40,634 bases of DNA, from positions 1-40,634 of the forward strand of contig JAYVQZ010000008.1 of assembly GCA_043776735.1 (NCBI GenBank). The letters run 5' to 3'. Positions within the stretch are counted from its first letter, which is position 1. Every line of letters starts with the position of its first letter. Origin of the DNA: Deltaproteobacteria bacterium (GTDB lineage: Bacteria > Bdellovibrionota > FAC87 > UBA2466). The notes beneath the pieces are model-generated. The model was given only the letters and a program-made list of their open reading frames with translations, was not told the DNA's origin and searched no databases. Shown here piece after piece: positions 23,378 through 30,700 of this stretch. A program made the translations under genes and the position numbers.

Positions 23378-24382
23378 TCAGGCACGTTGAGCCACAATGA
23401 CACTGAACCCCGAAGGCAGTTCCAGCACCTGGGTTAGGCAAAGGCCGGTCTCCTTAAATAAGTTTCTGTATTCGGATTCGGTTCGCTCCCTGCCGCCTGT
23501 CATTACGAGCATCGTCATATCGACGAGCTTGCTCCAGTGAGGACCTGGTGAAACGGGGATAATCCGCTCGACAACTAGTACTTTCCCGTGGGGAGGAAGG
23601 GCCTCCGCACATCGAGTAAGAATAGCGCGGGCCTGTTGATCATCGCAGACGTGGATCACGCTCTTCATTAGATAGAGGTCGAACCATTTGGGAATGGAAA
23701 CCGTGGCGTCGCCTTCAATGACATTGATACGATCTTCAAGGCGATGGCTTGCTATCACCGCTCTTGCTCCTTTAACGGAGACGGGCAGATCGAAGAGTGT
23801 TGCTTGAAGTTCAGGGTTCTTTTCCAAAAGCTTACAGAGAAAAATCCCGTGCCCGCCGCCCACATCCATAAGGGTAGTTGCCTCGGAAAGATCAAAGGCC
23901 TCAGCCATCTCTTGTGCGGTGGTCAAGGTGATCTCTTCCCAACCGTTATGGAACCTAGAACCCGTCTCCGGATGGTCGGCAAAGTATTCAAAGAGAGGCT
24001 TTCCAAATACGTGGTCAAAGGCGGGCCTCCCTGTCTGAAGGCTATAAAGGAGATCTCCCCACGCCTGGTAGGTCTCTCCTCCGGAAAACATAGAAACCTC
24101 TTGCACCAGAGTTTGGGGATGGTCGCTGCGAAGATACTGGCCACCTTCCGATAGCCGATATAGGCCTGAAGTCTCTTGTTCGACGGCACCGAAGGAGGCC
24201 AGAAATGTGAGTAACCGTCTAAGAGCGCCAAGGTCCAATTTCAAAATGTGCGCTAAGTCTTCAGCAGAATGACCTTCGTGGGCAAGCTGGTCTGCCAGAC
24301 CCACTCTTACCGTGGCAAAGAGCGCGCAAGAATAGTAGTAGCCGTGAGCCAGCTCCCGAAGTTGCTGTCTAGAGTTCGCCAT
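23378..24382 (-). CDS. Class I O-methyltransferase (Methyltransf_2, ASMT/COMT-like, with an N-terminal dimerisation/winged-helix domain)
   Basis: The SAM motif is LMDVGGGHGIFL. DLPVSV. IEGDATVSIP. YLMKSVIHVCDD. KVLVVERI. Confidence 0.8.
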   Translation of the reverse strand: MANSRQQLRELAHGYYYSCALFATVRVGLADQLAHEGHSAEDLAHILKLDLGALRRLLTFLASFGAVEQETSGLYRLSEGGQYLRSDHPQTLVQEVSMFSGGETYQAWGDLLYSLQTGRPAFDHVFGKPLFEYFADHPETGSRFHNGWEEITLTTAQEMAEAFDLSEATTLMDVGGGHGIFLCKLLEKNPELQATLFDLPVSVKGARAVIASHRLEDRINVIEGDATVSIPKWFDLYLMKSVIHVCDDQQARAILTRCAEALPPHGKVLVVERIIPVSPGPHWSKLVDMTMLVMTGGRERTESEYRNLFKETGLCLTQVLELPSGFSVIVAQRA

Positions 24383-24509
24383 TTATATCACTCCAAAAAA
24401 AAGAGTAGCCATCTGGGAAGCGCTTTAGCATTTTACGTGCCGCGCCACATCAAGGCATGGCGACCAGACGCCGGGCATAAGGGCTCGCAAAGGCGCAAAG
24501 GTATCGCAA

Positions 24510-24629
24510 AGGTATGGCGTCACTTTGCGAAATCTCGCAGGCAGGCATACGAAAGATCGCAGGGAAATTGGGTCAGATTGGACAGAGAAGTTTGTGGGGG
24601 GGGGGGCTTCGCAAAGTGACGCCATACCT
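24510..24629. repeat. 22-bp perfect inverted repeat enclosing a 76-nt spacer that contains an 11-G homopolymer
   Basis: AGGTATGGCGTCACTTTGCGAA at 24510-24531 is the exact reverse complement of 24608-24629. The G11 run is at 24596-24606. The spacer carries the direct repeats CGAAATCTCGCAGG and CGAAAGATCGCAGG. Confidence 0.85.
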
Positions 24630-24676
24630 ATGGGGAAACTAGGCTTCCGCAATGGGGGAGGATTTGGTCCAAAGGG

Positions 24677-25189
24677 CTATTTGGTTGTTAAGGTCTCGTC
24701 GTAGACGTCAGGATTTATCGGGGGGATTTGATAGCTGATCTTTTTTATTTCGTTGGGGCGTTCGGGAATAATAGCCAAGTAGGTCTCTTTTTCATTGGTC
24801 GGAACCCACAAGTAGTTTTCTGAAAGTTTGTATCGCTGTAGCGGGTTGCTGGCGCCTAAATACCGACCAGGGAGTACGGTGCCCTTATAGATCAGCTCAA
24901 GGGGCTTTGGTAATGGCCCGTGAAACGTAGAGAGCGAGTAAACCCAGGCTTTAGCCCCGCGATGATAAATGCCGTAGACCCGGCTTGGTAAAAAAGTTCC
25001 GTTGGTCTTGCTTAAATTTCCTTGGCCCTGACTGAGTTCCAAAAGCATTGGGGCCGGTGCCTCACTATCGGGGGTGAGCTGAAAGGGTGCCGAGAGACGG
25101 TTTTTTATAAACGAAGGCGTCTCGTCGGCAAAAACTGGGGTTAGAAAAAGGCTCGCCAGCAATGGGAATGCAATCGAGAAAAATTTCAC
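24677..25189 (-). CDS. Secreted hypothetical protein (tandem paralogue A)
   Basis: Signal peptide FSIAFPLLASLFLTPVFA. It shares TVLPGRYLGASNPLQRYKLSENYLWVPT with the neighbouring gene. Confidence 0.6.
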   Translation of the reverse strand: MKFFSIAFPLLASLFLTPVFADETPSFIKNRLSAPFQLTPDSEAPAPMLLELSQGQGNLSKTNGTFLPSRVYGIYHRGAKAWVYSLSTFHGPLPKPLELIYKGTVLPGRYLGASNPLQRYKLSENYLWVPTNEKETYLAIIPERPNEIKKISYQIPPINPDVYDETLTTK

Positions 25190-25734
25190 TTTGTCCCCTT
25201 GGGATTGGATGCCGTTTTTGGCATCGGGTCAAAGTCCACGTACTTTGCCAGTGGTGGCGTGCTGTCCACCCAGAATTCATAATGCTCTTTTTTAAACGTG
25301 GGCGTCCACAGCCGGTCTCGACCGAGAAAATAATTTTGAAAGGGGTTTTTAGCACCCAAGAAGGACCCGGGCAAAACGGTGGCCGCTCGCAAATATTCCA
25401 TGGGGTTCGTCTTGAGCTTTCCGTAACTATCGGTGACCACCTGATACCAACGATTCTCACGAGGTAAAAAGTAAAGGTAAACGCGGTTGGCGCGGAGTGA
25501 GCTTAAATTTATCGGTAGAGCATTTTTTCGCTGTTCGTAAATTTCTCGCTGCCGGTCGGCTTCCATCAAAAGTAGGATGGGTTTTTCTTCATACCGCTGC
25601 AACCGCTTGGGAACGTAATCGGGTTTTACCAATGGAGAGATGGGAGTCGGCGAAGGAGATTGAGTGGGAAGGATCGCCAGCGCAGAAAGGCTGACACTCC
25701 CGATAATCCCCAGGATTTTTTGCTTCATTTTCAT
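25186..25734 (-). CDS. Secreted hypothetical protein (tandem paralogue B)
   Basis: Signal peptide ILGIIGSVSLSALAIL. It carries TVLPGSFLGAKNPFQNYFLGRDRLWTPT. It overlaps paralogue A by 4 nt. Confidence 0.6.
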   Translation of the reverse strand: MKMKQKILGIIGSVSLSALAILPTQSPSPTPISPLVKPDYVPKRLQRYEEKPILLLMEADRQREIYEQRKNALPINLSSLRANRVYLYFLPRENRWYQVVTDSYGKLKTNPMEYLRAATVLPGSFLGAKNPFQNYFLGRDRLWTPTFKKEHYEFWVDSTPPLAKYVDFDPMPKTASNPKGTK

Positions 25735-25789
25735 CCAGTTTTATTGGAGCACCACCCGGGTGCCCTTTGCCCTACTTGGGCCCGGTGCA

Positions 25790-26293
25790 TCACCCTGGCT
25801 GCTGTTTACTAGGCTTTCCCAGCTCCGTGCCATCGTTCAAAAGAATTGAGGGCACCGCGCCCGTGGCCAAATTGGCTAGGTCGGATTTAAGAAGTGGACT
25901 TCCGTCCGCTTTCTGCGGATTATTTTTGGGGTTTCCATTCGGAAGGGTTAGCTGAGAAACAACATTGGTGCCGTTATCGACGTTGGTCTGCATTAGGCCG
26001 TCTTTGCCGCCTGCACTTACGCCGAATTTAAATTCTTGGGAAGTAACGGGCGTCGGCGGCACGTCTATCCCTTTTCCCCCAACATCAACTTTTTTGGGGT
26101 TTAAATTTAGCGGATCGCTTTTTCCGACCCGAACTACCGGTGTTTTATCCCCTTCGGCATTGTCATTAACGAGGTCTCCGGGATCTACAAATTTAATTTC
26201 CGGATCTTTGATTACGCTTTGGTGGGCTGGTTTTTGTTTATCAGCGGCCGAAGTCAATGAGCTCACCAGCAAAAGGATAATTAGTCGTGTCAT
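25790..26293 (-). CDS. Secreted hypothetical protein
   Basis: Signal peptide LIILLLVSSLTSAA. The mature part is rich in Gly, Pro, Asn and Lys. No recognisable domain. Confidence 0.5.
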   Translation of the reverse strand: MTRLIILLLVSSLTSAADKQKPAHQSVIKDPEIKFVDPGDLVNDNAEGDKTPVVRVGKSDPLNLNPKKVDVGGKGIDVPPTPVTSQEFKFGVSAGGKDGLMQTNVDNGTNVVSQLTLPNGNPKNNPQKADGSPLLKSDLANLATGAVPSILLNDGTELGKPSKQQPG

Positions 26294-26297
26294 CTCT

Positions 26298-26870
26298 CTA
26301 TTGTACGGTGCCTTTGGTCAGGTCGTCGAGCTTCTGAATTAATCTAATAATACTAGTGTCTTGGCAGAGGACCCGGGCCTCATCCAAAGTGAACCACTTC
26401 AAGTCGATCGACTCTTCAGACACCACTATCTTCTCAGGCTCTTGGGCTACCACGACGTAGCGCACATCATAGTGCCAGTGGCCGGGTTCTTTGCCTGCAG
26501 GTATCCAGTGAGAATCCAGGTCGAAGATTGGGCGATCGTCGCCTTCTACCCAAGAGAAGATCTTCACGTTGGTTAGGCCCGATTCTTCCTCCGTCTCGCG
26601 CAGTGCAGTTTCCGCCATATCAAAACTGCCGTCCGCATGGCCTCCAAGCTGGAGCCACTTATTGAGCTTTTTGTGGTGAGTCAAAAGCACTTTGGAAAAA
26701 TCGGGAGTGACCACCAGGGCGGAACTGGTCAGGTGCGCGGGGAAACAGTCACGCTCGGCACAACGTGGCTCCGCACTCACTAAAGCACGAAAGCTTTCCA
26801 CCATCTCTGGCTCGCCCCAGTGGGCGCTGTAGTTTTTTAAAAGGGGCACGAGGTTTTCACGCGGCATCAT
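26298..26870 (-). CDS. NUDIX hydrolase
   Basis: The Nudix box is GGHADGSFDMAETALRETEEESGL. I prefer the ATG at 26870 (MMPREN), because the longer listed start would run through a terminator hairpin. Confidence 0.8.
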   Translation of the reverse strand: MMPRENLVPLLKNYSAHWGEPEMVESFRALVSAEPRCAERDCFPAHLTSSALVVTPDFSKVLLTHHKKLNKWLQLGGHADGSFDMAETALRETEEESGLTNVKIFSWVEGDDRPIFDLDSHWIPAGKEPGHWHYDVRYVVVAQEPEKIVVSEESIDLKWFTLDEARVLCQDTSIIRLIQKLDDLTKGTVQ

Positions 26871-26897
26871 TCCTAGGAGGTAACACAGATAGGGGCC

Positions 26898-26941
26898 AAA
26901 AAAAAAGCGGATTGCCCCCGGCCTTCGGTCGGGCAATCCGC
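26898..26941 (-). terminator. Rho-independent terminator for the thiolase/GT operon
   Basis: Read on the minus strand, GCGGATTGCCC...GGGCAATCCGC forms an 11-bp stem followed by T9. On the plus strand this is the A-run at 26898-26906. Confidence 0.75.
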
Positions 26942-26992
26942 TTTGGGGCCGCAGCAAATGGCGAAATCAAAAAACAGGCTGCGCTATTAAAG

Positions 26993-27078
26993 GGTTGAGA
27001 CTCCCGGGCTTGCGGCCCGAGAGATCTGGGCGCAAAAATCGTGCGGCTGAGACTTTCGGGTTTGTGGCCCAAGAGATC
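26993..27078 (-). repeat. Two tandem copies of the 3'-UTR hairpin repeat element
   Basis: Read on the minus strand: GATCTCTTGGGCCACAAACCCGAAAGTCTCAGCC (27078-27045) and GATCTCTCGGGCCGCAAGCCCGGGAGTCTCAACC (27026-26993). They begin 19 nt after the GT stop. Confidence 0.7.
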
Positions 27079-27096
27079 ATAGTTCTCGGAGTAAGA

Positions 27097-28203
27097 TTAT
27101 CGCAGGGTTGGGGACGATAAGGGTAACCCCATAGCGTTACTGCCACCCGACGTTGCTGTTTTTCCGAGAAGGCGGCTTAGGATCTTTTGGCCATTCTTAC
27201 GGCACTGAAAGCGGCGCAGTTGTAGCCAGCGCTCAGCCTGACTTTCAAGAATCGCAGTGATCACTTTGTCGTCAAGAAGCGCCTGGCGAATAATTTCGGA
27301 AACCCGATGAGGTTTTTTTGTTAGCAGCCCAACACCTGCTCCGCCCATAGTCTCAGTCACTGCGGTCTTCCGAAGGGCGAATACGGGAACTCCGAAGCGA
27401 ATCGCCTCTACCAAAGGAATGCCAAAACCCTCATGCTGACTCAAACAAATGAAGGCATCGCTCTGAAGGTAGACTTTTTCTAATTCGATCTGCTCAACTT
27501 TGGTTCTAAATTCGACAGCAGAACTCAGACCCAACGCTTTGACCAAGCTGCGAACATACCGCCCGTAAAGGGGATCCTCAGATCCCACAAGAGTAAGTCG
27601 GAAGTCCAACGCGGAATCTTCGCGCAGATAGAACAGAATCTTCACCAGCTCCGCTTGCGCCTTATGAGGAGTGATTCGACCTACAAAAAGAAGCCTCTTT
27701 GTGGTGGTGGCAGGCTTTCTAAAGAGGGCCGGGCCTTCGGCCGAAGTCAGATCTAAAAGAGGGAGCAAGTGGACTGGACCTAACCCATGGTCTTCAATCT
27801 CAAACGCATTGAACTGAGAGTCTGCATAGACCGCCTGCACTTTGCCTTGATACTGACGTAGTTGCTGACGACCTAAGTTCGCCATCTTTGCCATAAAGGC
27901 ATCGTGACCAAAATATTTGGCTGGCGTGATGTTGTGATACACGAGCGACTTTTTGCACGGGAGTTTTAGCACCGATTCCAATTGAGGATTGCCCTGGGAA
28001 TGGTGAATTAAGAGAACTTCCGTTGGTAAAAAATCATGAGTGCACGGATCGTTTACTACGAGTTCTGCCCCTTTTCGATCATGGGCAAAGATCTCCCCTC
28101 CAATACCAATTTCTTTCAGCCAGGCTTGAATGCTGATCATGTGCGAAGTCACAGCATCAAAGGGCCGGGCGCAGGCGTGGTATTGGTGGATGACTTTTTT
28201 CAA
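27097..28203 (-). CDS. GT4-family glycosyltransferase (Glycos_transf_1)
   Basis: RLLFVGRITPHKAQ and SQHEGFGIPLVEAIRFGVPVFA match the E-x7-E region. I prefer the TTG at 28203, which gives MKKVIHQYH with GGAG 7 nt upstream. The listed GTG at 28269 is the alternative. Confidence 0.8.
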   Translation of the reverse strand: MKKVIHQYHACARPFDAVTSHMISIQAWLKEIGIGGEIFAHDRKGAELVVNDPCTHDFLPTEVLLIHHSQGNPQLESVLKLPCKKSLVYHNITPAKYFGHDAFMAKMANLGRQQLRQYQGKVQAVYADSQFNAFEIEDHGLGPVHLLPLLDLTSAEGPALFRKPATTTKRLLFVGRITPHKAQAELVKILFYLREDSALDFRLTLVGSEDPLYGRYVRSLVKALGLSSAVEFRTKVEQIELEKVYLQSDAFICLSQHEGFGIPLVEAIRFGVPVFALRKTAVTETMGGAGVGLLTKKPHRVSEIIRQALLDDKVITAILESQAERWLQLRRFQCRKNGQKILSRLLGKTATSGGSNAMGLPLSSPTLR

Positions 28204-28505
28204 TTCCGGCTCCGATTCATGGCGGTAAGCCGAAGGGATCGTAGCTGTCTCGTGCCCCAACGCAACCACTCCACGACCTGGGGAACTCCGCGGATGGGGC
28301 CGTGCTCAAAGTGGCGTAAGAGAAAAGCTAGGAGGGACGCTTCGGGAATGCCCAAATCCGTATTGCGTTCGCCAAGACGGTGAAGCCACAACTGCGACAG
28401 GTAAGGAACCCGTTCTTTTTTTGCCCCGATCGCTTTTCGCACTCTTGAGCGAAGGGCCGTCTCAAGGCCGGAATCTCCACCTAATATGAAGTCCTGCTTT
28501 TTCAA
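28200..28505 (-). CDS. Small hypothetical protein, apparently translationally coupled on both sides
   Basis: Its TTG start overlaps the thiolase TGA (TTGA), and its TGA overlaps the proposed GT TTG start (TTGA). No recognisable domain. Confidence 0.4.
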   Translation of the reverse strand: MKKQDFILGGDSGLETALRSRVRKAIGAKKERVPYLSQLWLHRLGERNTDLGIPEASLLAFLLRHFEHGPIRGVPQVVEWLRWGTRQLRSLRLTAMNRSRN

Positions 28506-29680
28506 GAAAGGTTTTCCACCAACACGGCCGAGGCTTCGCCGCCACCGATGCAGATGGCTGCCACTCCATAACCTTTTTTCTCGGCGCGCAGAGCGTGGAG
28601 TAGGGTGATCAAAATTCTTGCGCCGCTGGCGCCAATGGGATGGCCCAATGCCACAGATCCGCCGCGGACATTTACCTTGGATTCGCTGAGACCCAATTCT
28701 TTCATGCAGGCTAAGGCAACAACACTGAAAGCCTCATTGATTTCAAAAAGGTCCACTTTTTCGACGGAGAATCCTGTGACTTCCATCAGTTTGCGAACCG
28801 CGCCCACCGGAGCGGTAGTGAACCATTCGGGCGCTTGAGCAAAACTCACTTGGCCTAGGATTCTTGCCATCGGCACTAAGCCTTTTTTCTTGGCCCAATT
28901 TTCATTGGCAATGACTAAGGCCGCACCGCCATCATTGAGCGAGCTAGCATTTGCCGCCGTCACGGTTCCCGCTTTTTGAAACGCGGGGCGAAGTTCGGGG
29001 AATTTATCAATCTTCCCTTTGCCGGGCTCTTCGTCGGTATCTACGACAACCGTTCCTTTTTTAGTGATGATCTCAACGCCAACAATCTCTTCTTCAAACT
29101 TTCCACTAGCGATGGAATTCATCGCCCGTTGGTAACTTTGGGCGGCAAACCGATCCTGCTCTTCACGCGAGTAAGATCCGTCTTTAGCGCAAAGCTCGGC
29201 ACAATCTCCCATATGCTGGTTGTTGTAGACGTCCCAAAGGCCGTCTTGAATCACACTGTCGATTACTTTTTGGTGGCCCAAACGGTAACCTTCCCGAGCG
29301 CCTTCCAAAAGAAACGGGGCCCGGCTCATGCTTTCCATGCCACCGGCAACCATCACCTGGCTATCTCCACAACGGATGGCCTGATCGGCCAGCATCACGG
29401 CTTTTAGTCCACTCCCGCAAACGCGGTGGACGGTCGTGGCTCGGACGGATTGAGGAAGTCCTGAAAAAATAGTGGCTTGGCGTGCGGGGGCTTGGCCCAG
29501 GCCGGCTTGAAGCACACAGCCCATCACGACCTCTTCTACGTCGGCGGGGGTGATCTTGGCCCGTTCTACCGCGGCTTTAATGGCGGCAGCGCCTAATTTA
29601 GGGGAGGGGACGTCCTTTAAAGCGCCTAAAAAAGCCCCAATGGGAGTGCGAACGGCTGAGAGAATCACGCTCTTTTCCAA
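28502..29680 (-). CDS. Acetyl-CoA C-acetyltransferase (thiolase II)
   Basis: VHRVCGSGLKAV holds the active Cys. NVRGGSVALGHPIGASGARIL. GVAAICIGGGEASAV. Confidence 0.95.
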   Translation of the reverse strand: MEKSVILSAVRTPIGAFLGALKDVPSPKLGAAAIKAAVERAKITPADVEEVVMGCVLQAGLGQAPARQATIFSGLPQSVRATTVHRVCGSGLKAVMLADQAIRCGDSQVMVAGGMESMSRAPFLLEGAREGYRLGHQKVIDSVIQDGLWDVYNNQHMGDCAELCAKDGSYSREEQDRFAAQSYQRAMNSIASGKFEEEIVGVEIITKKGTVVVDTDEEPGKGKIDKFPELRPAFQKAGTVTAANASSLNDGGAALVIANENWAKKKGLVPMARILGQVSFAQAPEWFTTAPVGAVRKLMEVTGFSVEKVDLFEINEAFSVVALACMKELGLSESKVNVRGGSVALGHPIGASGARILITLLHALRAEKKGYGVAAICIGGGEASAVLVENLS

Positions 29681-29774
29681 GGAAACCTCCTAAAACGTAA
29701 AAACAAAACCTAAGCTGCCCTAAGTTCACTAGGCAAGTCACTTAACGTAATTACGGGCTCTCTCCTAGGGGTTT

Positions 29775-29824
29775 TAGAAATAGAAAACCGGAGAGAAGGA
29801 GGGGTAAGTTCCTTATCTCCGGTT
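29775..29824 (-). terminator. Rho-independent terminator for the 29848-30417 gene
   Basis: Read on the minus strand, AACCGGAGA...TCTCCGGTT forms a 9-bp stem followed by TTTCTATTTCT. Confidence 0.55.
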
Positions 29825-29847
29825 AGCTTGGTTTCGTCGGTCAGGAG

Positions 29848-30417
29848 TTACTTGGTTTTGAACTTCATCATCAACTCATAGCCATCTACCGTGCTTACGT
29901 TTGGCTGGGATACATTCGAATTCGGGTCATAGGCCGCTGGTGTTGTCAGCGGGCTGATCTCTTTATTGTAGTTTTGGTTCGTGCAATTGAAGGCGTGAAG
30001 TCTTCGGACCACTAGCTTTGACCCTTTGGGTACGTAGACCCGAGCTCCGTCAAAGGCACCATAGGTGATGGTTTGAGCATTGATGTCATTACCACTCTCC
30101 GTGCTTCCTTGGAGCACGTAGTCAGTTAAGGAACTTTCTAATTTTAACGCCTTAATCAGCTTAAGCAGCTTAGTGGAGTTGTCCAAACCAAATTGGATGT
30201 CCCAGCGTACGCATTTTGCTCCTGTTTTCCTGCCCCACACGACGTCAACCATATCTCCGTCAGTGCCGTCACCGGCACCCAATCTCATCGCTTCGGTAAC
30301 CGGTCCTAAAGCCGTTAAAGCTCGATCGGCCTGTGAAAGGGGGATGGCAGTGTGCTGGGTGCCACAGCCAGCGAGTGCGAGTGCGAAAAACATTCCTAAC
30401 CAAACTGCGTTGTCCAT
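29848..30417 (-). CDS. Hypothetical lipoprotein
   Basis: Lipobox: MFFALALAGCGT. No recognisable domain. Confidence 0.6.
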   Translation of the reverse strand: MDNAVWLGMFFALALAGCGTQHTAIPLSQADRALTALGPVTEAMRLGAGDGTDGDMVDVVWGRKTGAKCVRWDIQFGLDNSTKLLKLIKALKLESSLTDYVLQGSTESGNDINAQTITYGAFDGARVYVPKGSKLVVRRLHAFNCTNQNYNKEISPLTTPAAYDPNSNVSQPNVSTVDGYELMMKFKTK

Positions 30418-30700
30418 TTGAGAACTCCTTGTTGTGCCTTTACGGCTTGTTTGGGTGGTTGCCTATCTCTGTATTCTGCGTGAATTCATCAGGGGGCTGA
30501 ACTCATATAATTTGCGTGATCGGCCACGGCTGAACAGTATAATTGTTAAGTAAATACAGATACTTATAATTGACACTCAAAAGGGCGCCGTGAGCCGTTT
30601 TCTGGGCATTGGCCGGTAGTTTAGGGCGAAACAGAAGACGGCCCACTGTCACGAGTTTCTGATGCCATCAGGCGCCCCCTCCGCTAGACTCCCTCGTCAA

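Noticed and set aside
24269-24652. ORFs 24269-24619 (+) and 24425-24652 (-) in the O-methyltransferase upstream region
   Set aside because: Both run through the inverted repeat and poly-G element. They are Arg/Gly/Lys-rich with no RBS or domain signal, and the first is antisense to the O-methyltransferase 5' end.
26871-26957. Longer NUDIX start at 26957
   Set aside because: That start is a TTG, and the extension would be translated through the strong terminator hairpin at 26907-26941. Its sequence (LRPQSGLPDRRPGAIRFFF) looks like translated structure rather than protein.
27097-28269. Longer glycosyltransferase start at GTG 28269 (the ORF-track model)
   Set aside because: The extra 22 residues (VVALGHETATIPSAYRHESEPE) look non-GT-like and overlap the small ORF. 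The TTG at 28203 has a GGAG RBS and gives a typical MKKVIH GT4 start. The question is not fully resolved.
30418-30700. T-box or other leader RNA upstream of leuS
   Set aside because: I saw no specifier-loop or T-box consensus and no terminator hairpin. T-boxes are also not expected in a diderm with LptE.
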